27,159 nt of DNA from Candidatus Micrarchaeota archaeon (GTDB taxonomy: Archaea > B1Sed10-29 > JAJRYS01), in assembly GCA_964643685.1 (NCBI GenBank), contig CAZXTN010000005.1, positions 1-27,159 of the forward strand, written 5' to 3'. The notes under the pieces are model-generated. The model made no database searches. It worked only from the letters and a program-made list of their open reading frames with translations, and was not told where the DNA came from. Position 1 is the first letter of the stretch. Each line of letters starts with the position of its first letter. This document shows, piece by piece, positions 16,006 to 24,031 of this stretch. Position numbers and translations under genes: made by a program.

Positions 16006-16045
16006 GTTTTTATAACATATCAGCGTTGGAAACAAACTGAATGCA

Positions 16046-16075
16046 GGCTGAGGTTGAAAACCGAACGCCTGCTCC
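16046..16075 (+). other. Perfect 6-bp stem hairpin GCAGGC-N18-GCCTGC, centred between the two 25-nt repeats
   Basis: gcaggctgaggttgaaaaccgaacgcctgc is GC-rich relative to its surroundings. It overlaps the implausible 70-aa track ORF 16054-16266. Confidence 0.3.
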
Positions 16076-16090
16076 GAAGTTTTTCCCAAG

Positions 16091-16115
16091 TTTTTGCCGC
16101 AAGGCAAAAAGCTGT
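16091..16115 (+). promoter_or_regulatory. Repeat copy 2: tttttgccgcaaggcaaaaagctgt. Hairpin TTGCC-GCAA-GGCAA, again a GNRA loop
   Basis: See copy 1. The single difference between the copies (T versus C) falls at the N position of the GNRA loop, which preserves the structure. Confidence 0.4.
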
Positions 16116-16117
16116 AT

Positions 16118-16155
16118 TGAATTATTATTCAATATGTTATATGAATTATTATTCA
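16118..16155 (+). promoter_or_regulatory. Two copies of tgaattattattca (16118-16131 and 16142-16155). Each is an inverted repeat, TTGAA-N6-TTCAA and ATGAA-N6-TTCAT, about 100 nt upstream of the Yip1-like gene. Candidate transcription-factor operator pair
   Basis: Direct repeat with 24-nt spacing. TATA-like tttaagtatttaaac follows at about 16157-16171. Confidence 0.35.
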
Positions 16156-16255
16156 TTTAAGTATTTAAACCTTTCGGTAGCAGATTATAGCCTTGAAAAT
16201 AGCCTTAAAAAAGGGCAAATAAAGAATAAATACTCTTTCTTCTTTTGTTTAATTA

Positions 16256-16864
16256 ATGGATTTTAATAAAATTTTTTTAGATGCCAAGTTAGTGTTAATT
16301 GAACCAAGCAAGTTTTTTAAGAAATTGAAGAGGCAGAAAGGCTTGAAAGAGGCTTTCGTTTATTACTCAGTAATTTCTCTTATTGGGACAATTATCGGGA
16401 TAATCTGCTATTATTTGTTTTTTCCTTTTTACATTGCATTATCTAGTTTCTTTTTGTTCTCTAGCGTGAAGGAGATGGTTAAAGCAAGTGTGTTAATTCC
16501 CTTGTCTTTTCTTGGATGGATATTTGTAATTTTCTGGAGTTTTGTTTCAGCTGGTTTTCTTCATGTTTACTTGCTGATTTTCGGAGCCAAGGGCAAGTAT
16601 GAGGACACTTATAAAATTTATGCTTATTCTTCAACGCCTTATGTTCTTTTCAAAGGCCTGCCTTTAATTGGTTTTATTGGCACTTTTTACAAATTGTTTT
16701 TGTTGATTATTGGAACTCATGAAATTCATAAAATGAGTAAGAAAAAAGCAGCTTTAATTTATTTAATTCCAATTGCAGTTGTGATTATTTTAATTATTAT
16801 CATTCTGTATTTTGGTTTTTCTCTTATCCAAAGCCATCCTGAATTATTGAAACAAGCAGCTTAA
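16256..16864 (+). CDS. Yip1-domain polytopic membrane protein
   Basis: MDFNKIFLDAKLVLIEPSKFFKKLKRQKGLKEAFVYYSVISLIGTII followed by about five TM helices, which is a Yip1/DUF1282-like layout. Paralogous in organisation to 8983-9585. Confidence 0.5.
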   Translation: MDFNKIFLDAKLVLIEPSKFFKKLKRQKGLKEAFVYYSVISLIGTIIGIICYYLFFPFYIALSSFFLFSSVKEMVKASVLIPLSFLGWIFVIFWSFVSAGFLHVYLLIFGAKGKYEDTYKIYAYSSTPYVLFKGLPLIGFIGTFYKLFLLIIGTHEIHKMSKKKAALIYLIPIAVVIILIIIILYFGFSLIQSHPELLKQAA

Positions 16865-16871
16865 TTTCTTT

Positions 16872-17912
16872 TTAACCAAATAATTGCTCAAGCAGTCCTT
16901 TCCTCTTTTTTTTAGGAACTTCTTTTTTAACTGCTTCTTCAACTGCTTTTTCAGATTCAAATGAAATTATGTCCTTAATAGCCTGCTCGTCTAATCCTTT
17001 TCTCATTTCCTTTTCTGTGAATTTTTTATAAAATTCTCTTTCAAGAGCAGGATGCATATATTCTTCATACTCTTTTTCTGTCATAAAATTCCTCTGCGGA
17101 CTGTTGTCATATCTTCTCTTGCCATACTTTAATTCTTTCTCTGCTTCTTGTTTTGCTCTTCTCATAATTTGCTCTTTGTCAGGTGATATAATTTTCATCA
17201 ACCTAGGGTCAAGCTTACCCACTGGTTTGCCTGTTTTCTTATCAACTAAAATGTATGATTTTGTCCTGCCTGTTATTTCTGGATCAAAAGCAAGACCTAT
17301 CCCTTCTTTTGCAAGCTCTTTTATATTAGCCATTATTAAAGAAGGTTTATAATCACTCATTTGCTTTTCTGGAAGTCCTTTTCTTCTCCTCTCCCTATTT
17401 ATTCTATCTAACTTTTCTTCAGGGTACTTCATTGCTTGCTTTGCAGGGGTTTTTGTTGTCTTAACCTGCGGAATACCCTTTTCAAACTCTTCTGAAAAAA
17501 CCTTTCCCTTATAGATATATTCATCTGGAACTTTTCCAAAAACATAAATAGCAGCATTTTCCTTCGGATTGTAGCCTTTTTTCTTTTCATACTCTTTTAT
17601 GCCTCTTGCTTCCAAACCCTTTTCTCTTATTTGCTGCGCTTCTTTAGGCAAAGCACCGTGATAAACATAAGTTTCAGGTTTAACTCTTCTTAATTTTAAT
17701 TTTCCAGAAAGAATTGCATCCTCAACTTCTTTTAATTTTCCTCTTTTCTTAGCTTCTTTAAGCAAACCAGCATACTGCGGGTTTTCACGAGCTATTCTTT
17801 CAGCTAAATCAATTCTTCCTCTTCTTATTTTTTGATTTATTTCTCTGCTTAAATCTCCTTTTTTTATAAGAACAGGTTTTACAACTCTTGATTTTTTATT
17901 AAACAAGTTCAT
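16872..17912 (-). CDS. Lysine/glutamate-rich hypothetical protein (346 aa), soluble
   Basis: Long ORF on the same strand as its neighbours, about 30 percent K+R+E. No confidently recognisable domain. It contains a YVYHGALPKEAQQIREKGL segment resembling the first beta-alpha element of ADP-ribosyltransferase/Tpt1 folds (see findings). Confidence 0.55.
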   Translation of the reverse strand: MNLFNKKSRVVKPVLIKKGDLSREINQKIRRGRIDLAERIARENPQYAGLLKEAKKRGKLKEVEDAILSGKLKLRRVKPETYVYHGALPKEAQQIREKGLEARGIKEYEKKKGYNPKENAAIYVFGKVPDEYIYKGKVFSEEFEKGIPQVKTTKTPAKQAMKYPEEKLDRINRERRRKGLPEKQMSDYKPSLIMANIKELAKEGIGLAFDPEITGRTKSYILVDKKTGKPVGKLDPRLMKIISPDKEQIMRRAKQEAEKELKYGKRRYDNSPQRNFMTEKEYEEYMHPALEREFYKKFTEKEMRKGLDEQAIKDIISFESEKAVEEAVKKEVPKKKRKGLLEQLFG

Positions 17913-18070
17913 TTCAATTAATTATTAGGAATAAACAAGTTTAAAAAAAGGAAGCAAAAGGAGAAACAAGAGAAAAAAGAAAATAAGGCATTTGGTTTGA
18001 TTTGTTTGAATTCTAGGTTTCCGCGCATGCTCACTCTGTTTCGATGCGAGGTTCCCCGTAATCGATTGAA

Positions 18071-18838
18071 TTAGTCTGTCTCAATTCTAGGTGCGAGGAA
18101 GTAAGTTAGTGTCGCTGCTCCTACTTCGTATTGCAGTTTCAATGGCTTGTCTGTGCCGAGGTTTATTTCAACTATTGATGAGGCGTCAGCTGATTTCAGC
18201 AAGTCGTTCAAGTATTCAAGTGGGAACATTGCTTTTGCTTCTGCGTTTACAGTGTGTTCTAGGAGGATGTCTTGTTCTTTAAGCGCTTCTATCACCACGT
18301 CTCCTTTGTCGCCGTGTGCTGTTATGTCAAATCCTTTTTCAGTTGCTTTTAATATGACGTGTGATGAGACAAGAGAAGCGTCTTTCAATCCTTCTTTGAT
18401 GACGTTTCCGTTTAATTTTATTTTAGCGTCGAATTCAATTGAAGGTGTTTTTGGGCTTGTGTTTCCAATGTCTAAAAGAGGCAGGTTGAATTTTCTTGTT
18501 GTCTTGCCTTTGAATACAAGCTCTAGTCTTGAAGCAGTGTCGTCGAGTTTTAAGGTGAGGTTTTCACCTGGCCTTACTCTGCTCATTATCCTAGCTAAGT
18601 CATCTAAGTTAAGTCCTATTTTAGTTTGTTCAGGAACATTGAATGTTTCAAATGAAGATTTAGGGAGTTTGAAGTCAACCATTGCTATTTGCGATGGGTC
18701 CATTGCTCTTAAAAACATTCCATCTTGGTTGATGTCAAATTCGCTTTCGTCAATAAGAGTAGCTATTGCGTCGACAGAGTCTTTGAATGACTTTGCATCA
18801 TCTATTTTCAGTTCAAACATAAAAAGTTTCAACTCCAT
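18071..18838 (-). CDS. pcna: DNA polymerase sliding clamp PCNA
   Basis: 255 aa, of typical PCNA length, with two-domain repeat architecture. Segments MFELKIDDAKSFKDSVDAIATLIDE ... FDI.QDGMFLRAMDPS..AMVDF and a C-terminal LAPRIE are PCNA-like. The real start may be Met7. Confidence 0.85.
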   Translation of the reverse strand: MELKLFMFELKIDDAKSFKDSVDAIATLIDESEFDINQDGMFLRAMDPSQIAMVDFKLPKSSFETFNVPEQTKIGLNLDDLARIMSRVRPGENLTLKLDDTASRLELVFKGKTTRKFNLPLLDIGNTSPKTPSIEFDAKIKLNGNVIKEGLKDASLVSSHVILKATEKGFDITAHGDKGDVVIEALKEQDILLEHTVNAEAKAMFPLEYLNDLLKSADASSIVEINLGTDKPLKLQYEVGAATLTYFLAPRIETD

Positions 18839-18885
18839 TTACTTTTAATTTTTTTGCTTTGCATGTGATTTTAAGTCTTTCATAA

Positions 18886-18895
18886 TTTATAAAAC
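18886..18895 (-). promoter_or_regulatory. TATA box (minus-strand TTTTATAAAT) about 50 nt upstream of the PCNA start codon
   Basis: The reverse complement of atttataaaa reads aaagTTTTATAAATtatg on the coding strand, which is a canonical archaeal TATA element. Confidence 0.35.
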
Positions 18896-18904
18896 TTTGA
18901 TTTT

Positions 18905-19732
18905 TCAGCAGCTTAACTTGTAAACGTGATTCGTGCCTACATTTGAATGCCCTTCGCAGAAAGGCATGACGTCGCAGAAGAATAGTTTCACATGCCCAAG
19001 CAAGGGGATTCTGAAAAGAATTTTCTTGCCTACAATCATGTTTTCGTCAACAAGAGTTGAGATGCAGTTGCCTGGGTTTTCTGTAAGGCAGTTTTGTTGT
19101 TTGTCAAAAGCATTGAATCCAAGCTGGTCAGGCACGAGATTAGCGTCTCCTTTTGTTATAATGTAATACTTGTTGCCTTTTTTTATTTTAGCAAAAGCCC
19201 TGTGAATAACTTGCCCGATGAATGGCTTTGTATTGTAAACAATTATGTCGTTTGACTTGTTAAGTGAAACAGTCTGCGAGCCAATAAGCAGTTTTTTAAC
19301 TTCATATCCTTCTTCAAAATCCCTGTAAGTGTAAGGAGAGCCAGAGTCATTTAAAGCAATGAAGTTAAGATTGCTTGATTGTATTGCAGGCGCTTTAACG
19401 TCTTTTGCTGAAACTCCTTGAATGACAAGAATGTCTCCAATGTCAAGGAATCCTTTTTCACTGCATGAAGAAACAACTACAAGCGGGCTTGTAGTGTGGA
19501 GAAAAATAGGGAGTATGAGGAAGTAAACAACAGCTGCTACTAGGAAAGAGACAGCCCAGTCTCTTGCTTCTTCTTTCAAGCCGTAGTCCTGTTTTTCAGC
19601 TTGTTTTGTTTTTTGCTTTGAAGCTTTTTTCATGATTTTTTTCAAACTTTTTTTAAAATTCATTTTAAAAACCAGCATTTGATTAAAAAGCAGGCATTGT
19701 TGTTTTTTTGCTTTTGCACTGCTTTTAAGCAA
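18905..19732 (-). CDS. Signal peptidase I (S26B / Sec11-type) with a large internal insertion and a Cys-rich C-terminal extension
   Basis: Boxes in order: TM anchor, then VVVSSCSEKGF (box B Ser), GDILVI (box C), VIHRAF (box D His), and ITKGDANLVPD (box E). The start is uncertain: candidate ATGs lie at 19732, 19678, 19663 and 19633, and the first of these overlaps rpoL by 8 nt. Confidence 0.6.
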   Translation of the reverse strand: MLKSSAKAKKQQCLLFNQMLVFKMNFKKSLKKIMKKASKQKTKQAEKQDYGLKEEARDWAVSFLVAAVVYFLILPIFLHTTSPLVVVSSCSEKGFLDIGDILVIQGVSAKDVKAPAIQSSNLNFIALNDSGSPYTYRDFEEGYEVKKLLIGSQTVSLNKSNDIIVYNTKPFIGQVIHRAFAKIKKGNKYYIITKGDANLVPDQLGFNAFDKQQNCLTENPGNCISTLVDENMIVGKKILFRIPLLGHVKLFFCDVMPFCEGHSNVGTNHVYKLSC

Positions 19733-19976
19733 GAGAGCTTAAATCCTTTTTAAGAGATTTAAGGACTTTTTTAAGAACTTCTTTTGGCTTTCCTTTTTTT
19801 GTTTTCAGATAGAATTCAGGGTTGCCAACTAAGGGGTGGGGGATTGTGTAAGTGGCTTGTTCAACATCCTTATCTTCTGAAAGAGCAGATACAAGAAGCC
19901 CTGAAAAAGAATGGTCTTCTCCTTGAAGTTCAAAAACCATTTCATTGTCTTTTTCTGATTTTTTCACAAATTTCAT
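19725..19976 (-). CDS. rpoL: DNA-directed RNA polymerase subunit L (Rpo11)
   Basis: MKFVKKSEKDNEMVFELQGEDHSFSGLLVSALSEDKDVEQATYTIPHPLVGNPEFYLKT matches the RpoL/Rpb11 pattern (E..HT..N.LR..L...v.fAgY...HPL). The true start is the ATG at 19976, with an AAGGAGG SD. The track ORF is extended to 20075. Confidence 0.8.
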   Translation of the reverse strand: MKFVKKSEKDNEMVFELQGEDHSFSGLLVSALSEDKDVEQATYTIPHPLVGNPEFYLKTKKGKPKEVLKKVLKSLKKDLSSLA

Positions 19977-20016
19977 TTTTGCTTTCCTCCTTTTTTGAAT
20001 TTTAAGAAAAATGCTT

Positions 20017-20589
20017 TTAAATGATTCCGCCGTATTCTGATGAGAGTTTTCTTGTTTCAACCCATCCGCAGTCAACGCATTTGACTTTAAAAGAGTCTAT
20101 TTTTTGCATTTCTCCTCTGCATTTTGAACAGTAAGCTTGCACGACTCCAAGTTCTTTTTCATTTATTGTCAAGTCAACTCCTGTTTTTGAAACGTTTGTT
20201 ATTTTAACTTTCAGGATGTCTCCTATTCTTAACTCGTTTTTCACTGATTTTACAAATCCTCTTCTTATGTTCTCTACTCTTAAAACAGCTGTTTCTCCTG
20301 GTGGAATTAGCCTGAATTTAGGGGAGTCGACAGTTGCTAGTTCAATCATTGCTTTGTTGTCATTAGCGCTTGAAACAACGCCGTAAGTGTAAGTTCCTCT
20401 TGCTTGTATTTTTGGTATTTTTGTCAAAATATCCATTTTAACAATTCTCTCTTGCTTAACAAGTTCAGGAACTCCTATTGAAGAGGAGCGTATGTTGTCT
20501 TCATCTGAATAAGTGCCAAAAGAAGGCAGGTATTCTAAAGCGCTTGCAATAACATCACCTGGCAATGCAATTTTTTTATTTTCACTCAT
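20017..20589 (-). CDS. csl4: Exosome complex RNA-binding subunit Csl4
   Basis: N-terminal LPGDVI, a central S1 domain, and the C-terminal zinc ribbon CSKCRGEM...CVDCG. The position upstream of rpoL is the conserved archaeal arrangement. Confidence 0.85.
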   Translation of the reverse strand: MSENKKIALPGDVIASALEYLPSFGTYSDEDNIRSSSIGVPELVKQERIVKMDILTKIPKIQARGTYTYGVVSSANDNKAMIELATVDSPKFRLIPPGETAVLRVENIRRGFVKSVKNELRIGDILKVKITNVSKTGVDLTINEKELGVVQAYCSKCRGEMQKIDSFKVKCVDCGWVETRKLSSEYGGII

Positions 20590-20769
20590 TTGAAAAACCT
20601 CTCTTTTAAAGTTTTAAATTCTTTTCCTAGTTCATAATAAGTTAAGTCTTAGAAAATGTTTTTTTAAAAAAACAAGGCTGTTAATATTTTAAAAACAGTT
20701 GTTTATAAGCATTATGCAATTAAAAACAAACACAATTTATAAAGAAAATATGAGTAACTTATTTATTAT

Positions 20770-21642
20770 ATGATAGAGTCTTTGATTAAGCCTGAGACAG
20801 CTGAAAAAAAACCAACTGACACTTTCATAGCAGCTTTTCTATTCACTATCTTAGCATGCATACTTACAATGCAGATACAGGAAGTTGGAAGAGGCTCAGG
20901 TTTTCTAGTGGTTTCTTTCATAAGCATTGCATCAGCTCCTTTTTTAGTCAGGCTTTTTAAAATAGAAGAAAAAAAGACAAGAGGAAACTTGTTTCAAAGG
21001 CACTCTGCTCTTATAAAAATATTTGTTTTCTTTTTCATTGGAATAATCTTTGCAAGTTCGCTTTTCTTTGTCTTGACTCAGAATAACAGGATATTCTCTG
21101 ACCAGCTTAATGACTTATGTTCAAAAGGAGTTGTTAAAGACCCAGTATGCATAGAAACGCAGATGACTGGACAAAGCGTAGGCAGTTTTTCAATGACAGC
21201 AAAAGCAATAAACGGACTCTCTTTTCAAACGATCCTTCTCAATAACCTGAAAGTTCTTGGGCTTGCGTTTTTGTTTTCATTCATACTAGGAGCAGGTGCA
21301 ATTTTCTTAATATCCTGGAACGCGACAATAATAGGAGTCCTAATTGGAAAAATAGCCCAAGATCCTCTCACTTTCGGCTCAATTTCCATAGGCAACAACA
21401 TTTTCCTCAATTACTTAATTGCCTTGCCTTACACCCTCCTTCGCTTGCTTCCTCATGGAATGTTTGAATTCGGAGCTTATTTCTTCGGAGCAATAGCAGG
21501 AGGAATACTTTCAGTTGCTATAATAAAAAAACAAGAAGAAGGAATGCAAGCTTTTCTGTTTGCGTTCAAGGATTCTTTAGAATACCTAGTGATTTCAGTT
21601 GTTTTAATAACAATAGGCGCGGCAATTGAAATAATGATCTAA
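20770..21642 (+). CDS. SpoIIM/DUF95-family integral membrane protein
   Basis: Six TM helices. NNLKV...GAGAIFLISWNATIIGVLIG and LLPHGMFEFGAYFFGAIAGG resemble the stage-II-sporulation-M/DUF95 signature (..NG...G ... lPHGifElpA). Confidence 0.55.
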   Translation: MIESLIKPETAEKKPTDTFIAAFLFTILACILTMQIQEVGRGSGFLVVSFISIASAPFLVRLFKIEEKKTRGNLFQRHSALIKIFVFFFIGIIFASSLFFVLTQNNRIFSDQLNDLCSKGVVKDPVCIETQMTGQSVGSFSMTAKAINGLSFQTILLNNLKVLGLAFLFSFILGAGAIFLISWNATIIGVLIGKIAQDPLTFGSISIGNNIFLNYLIALPYTLLRLLPHGMFEFGAYFFGAIAGGILSVAIIKKQEEGMQAFLFAFKDSLEYLVISVVLITIGAAIEIMI

Positions 21643-21657
21643 AGAGGTTGAAAGAAA

Positions 21658-22677
21658 TTAGTTTTTGCCTTTTTTCTTTTTTTTCTTTGGCTTGGTGTTG
21701 ATTTCAACACCGTATTGTTTTGCAAGTTGCTTGATTAACTCAGATGAATCTACTTTTGACAAGTCCGCTTTTTTCAAAAGCTTTTCATAATCGCTCATTA
21801 CCTTGTCCTGCGCTTTTTCATAACCACCGAATTTGCTTGCAATGCCTGAAGCGAGGTTTGACAATTCAAGAGGAAAAATGAGTTTGCTTGACTTGCCTTC
21901 AGCTATTTTCTGAAGAGACTGCAGGTAAAGGTACTGCAAGCTTGATGGAGTTAGTTTTCCTGCGCTTTCTTGAATGGCGTTAATGCTTATTTTTTTGCCT
22001 TCTGCAATTTCCTTAGCAGCTAGTTTTTTCTGCTCAGCTTCTTTAAGCCTGTGCATTGACTCCTGCAAGCCTTTTGGCAATTCAATTGCCTGGATTTCAA
22101 TGCCTTCAATGCTAACTCCCCAGTCATTGCTTACTTCTTCAGCTCCTTTTTTCAATTCTTTTGTTATTTTAGGAACGTTTCCAATCACGTCCCTTAATGA
22201 AAGGTTTCCGACAACTGCTCTTAAAGTAGCTTGGATGTTGCTTACAGCCGCTTTCTTGTAATCCTCTACATTCAACACAGCTTTCTTGGCGTCAATTACT
22301 TTCAAGTAAAGCACTGCGTCGAATTTCAACTTCACATTGTCTCCTGTCACAACCTCCTGCGAGGGAATGTCATAAGTCTTGGTTCTTAAGTCAACAATTT
22401 TATAACTTTCAATAAAAGGCATGAAAAAAACCCAGCCAGGCCCAGCTACTTCTTTGAATCTTCCTTTTCTGAAAACAACTGCTCTTTCATACTCTGCAAC
22501 CTGCGCAAAGAAATGATTATACTGAGAGTAAACAACAAGCAATATTATTAAAATGATTAAAAGGATAAAAACAGGCTTGAACAAGTTAAAAATGAAAAGA
22601 GCAGCAAGGGAGAGGAAAATAAAAACAACTAATGTGAAGAAAATTGCAACTTGTTTTTCAGATTCATTAGAAGACAT
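21658..22677 (-). CDS. SPFH / band-7 (stomatin-prohibitin) family membrane protein
   Basis: An N-terminal TM hairpin, then EYERAVVFRKGRFKEVAGPGWVFFMPFIESYKIVDLRTKTYDIPSQEVVTGDNVKLKFDAVLYLKV, the canonical band-7 domain. It has a Lys-rich C-terminal tail. Confidence 0.85.
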   Translation of the reverse strand: MSSNESEKQVAIFFTLVVFIFLSLAALFIFNLFKPVFILLIILIILLVVYSQYNHFFAQVAEYERAVVFRKGRFKEVAGPGWVFFMPFIESYKIVDLRTKTYDIPSQEVVTGDNVKLKFDAVLYLKVIDAKKAVLNVEDYKKAAVSNIQATLRAVVGNLSLRDVIGNVPKITKELKKGAEEVSNDWGVSIEGIEIQAIELPKGLQESMHRLKEAEQKKLAAKEIAEGKKISINAIQESAGKLTPSSLQYLYLQSLQKIAEGKSSKLIFPLELSNLASGIASKFGGYEKAQDKVMSDYEKLLKKADLSKVDSSELIKQLAKQYGVEINTKPKKKKKKGKN

Positions 22678-22781
22678 AAAAAATCACTTGATTAAATTAT
22701 GTTATAATAAGTTTTTAAAGGTTAGGAGAATAAAAAATAAATGAAAAAAGAACAGCAAAAGCAAAAAAAAGGTAGAGTTGA

Positions 22782-24008
22782 ATGAGCAGGAGAATTTTAA
22801 TCCTCAGCATAGACAGGGACGATGACATAGGCAGGAAAATAAACAAGAAAGGCCCTTTCATCGGAGAAGAGAAAAATTTAGAAATAGCAAGGGAATTGAT
22901 AGAAACAGATCCTGAAGAAAGCGACGCTAACGCAATATTCGCTGCAATCAAGACATACAGGGAACTTAAAAAAACAGATGCTGTTGACGTGGTTACTTTA
23001 ACAGGGCACGTGAGCAGAGGATATAAGGCAGATAAGAAGATACTCAGCCAGCTTGATGAAGTGCTTAGGAAATACAAGAAAATAGATGGGGTTTACTTGA
23101 TTACAGATGGTTCAGATGACGACCAAGTAATTCCCTTAATTTTATCAAGGACAAAGATACTTTCCAAAAAAACAGTTATAATAAAGCAGGCAAAAGAGCT
23201 TGAAAAGTCATATTATGTAATTAAGCAGCTTCTTCAAGAGCCTACTTTTGCAAGAATCATATTTGGATTGCCTGGAATAATAATACTTACAGTAGCTTTC
23301 CTGCAACAACTAGGAGTGCAGATAATACTGTTCCTAATAGGACTCTACTTAATATTGAAAGGATTTGGATTAGAAGAGCAGATAATAAACTTTTTCAGAA
23401 ACTTTAAAGAAACAACAAGCATTGAAAGAGCTTCATTTCCATTATACATCGGCTCAATACTTCTCCTGCTGCTTTCATTATGGAGCGGTTATGAGCAGAT
23501 AAATTCAGCAACTGAAATGACAGTACTAAAGCAGTTGGCTGGATTCACATCAGGATTCATAGGCTTATTTATAATAGCTGTTATCTTCTTCTTTATAGGA
23601 AGAATAGGAGACATGCATTACAGGAAAGAGAATTACAAGATAAAAAAATACTTAATGAGCACAGTGACACTGCTTGCCCTATGGCTCGTGCTTAAAAAAG
23701 CAAGCGAGTTAGTAATAGGAAAGATACCAATAGACGAATTCCTTTACTGGATGATAGTGACATTCATCTTGTCAATAATAGGTTTAAACTTTGTTAAAAA
23801 AATGTACTTGAAAAGATACATAATAGGCATGCTGAAAAAAGACATGGAAGTTTACAATGCAGAAGGAAAGTACATAGGAAAAATAACAGAAGTAAGTAAG
23901 AAAAACCAGGCAGTGACAATTGAAACAGAAAACAAAAAAAGGATAAGAACCCCTTTTACAAGAATCGTTTTAGTACAACAAAATGAATTTGCAATAGCAA
24001 GAATTTAA
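22782..24008 (+). CDS. DUF373-family archaeal membrane protein
   Basis: N-terminal soluble domain ILILSIDRDDDIG..., then a multi-TM C-terminal half. This is the DUF373/COG2034 architecture. Confidence 0.55.
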   Translation: MSRRILILSIDRDDDIGRKINKKGPFIGEEKNLEIARELIETDPEESDANAIFAAIKTYRELKKTDAVDVVTLTGHVSRGYKADKKILSQLDEVLRKYKKIDGVYLITDGSDDDQVIPLILSRTKILSKKTVIIKQAKELEKSYYVIKQLLQEPTFARIIFGLPGIIILTVAFLQQLGVQIILFLIGLYLILKGFGLEEQIINFFRNFKETTSIERASFPLYIGSILLLLLSLWSGYEQINSATEMTVLKQLAGFTSGFIGLFIIAVIFFFIGRIGDMHYRKENYKIKKYLMSTVTLLALWLVLKKASELVIGKIPIDEFLYWMIVTFILSIIGLNFVKKMYLKRYIIGMLKKDMEVYNAEGKYIGKITEVSKKNQAVTIETENKKRIRTPFTRIVLVQQNEFAIARI

Positions 24009-24031
24009 AAAATAAGAATGGCTCTAAATTA

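Noticed and set aside
15690-16040. Antisense 116-aa ORF and an alternate-frame acidic 71-aa ORF (15753-15968) overlapping the DUF5320 gene
   Set aside because: These are by-products of the GGN/CGN-rich Gly/Arg codon run of DUF5320. The acidic frame is the classic shadow of a Gly/Arg-rich frame. No independent start signals are present.
16054-16266. 70-aa plus-strand track ORF inside the structured intergenic region
   Set aside because: Low-complexity translation, no SD, and it overlaps the hairpin and repeat elements. This is more plausibly non-coding.
17990-18100. GC-richer island downstream of PCNA. The 10-mer aattctaggt followed by gcgagg occurs twice, once inside the PCNA 3-prime end and once in the spacer. 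It was checked as a possible tRNA, C/D or H/ACA sRNA, or integration-site duplication.
   Set aside because: No tRNA-like T-arm or acceptor pattern. No C box (RUGAUGA), D box (CUGA) or ACA arrangement. The inverted repeats are imperfect. The 10-nt match could be chance and there is no integrase nearby. Most likely it is a promoter/terminator spacer.
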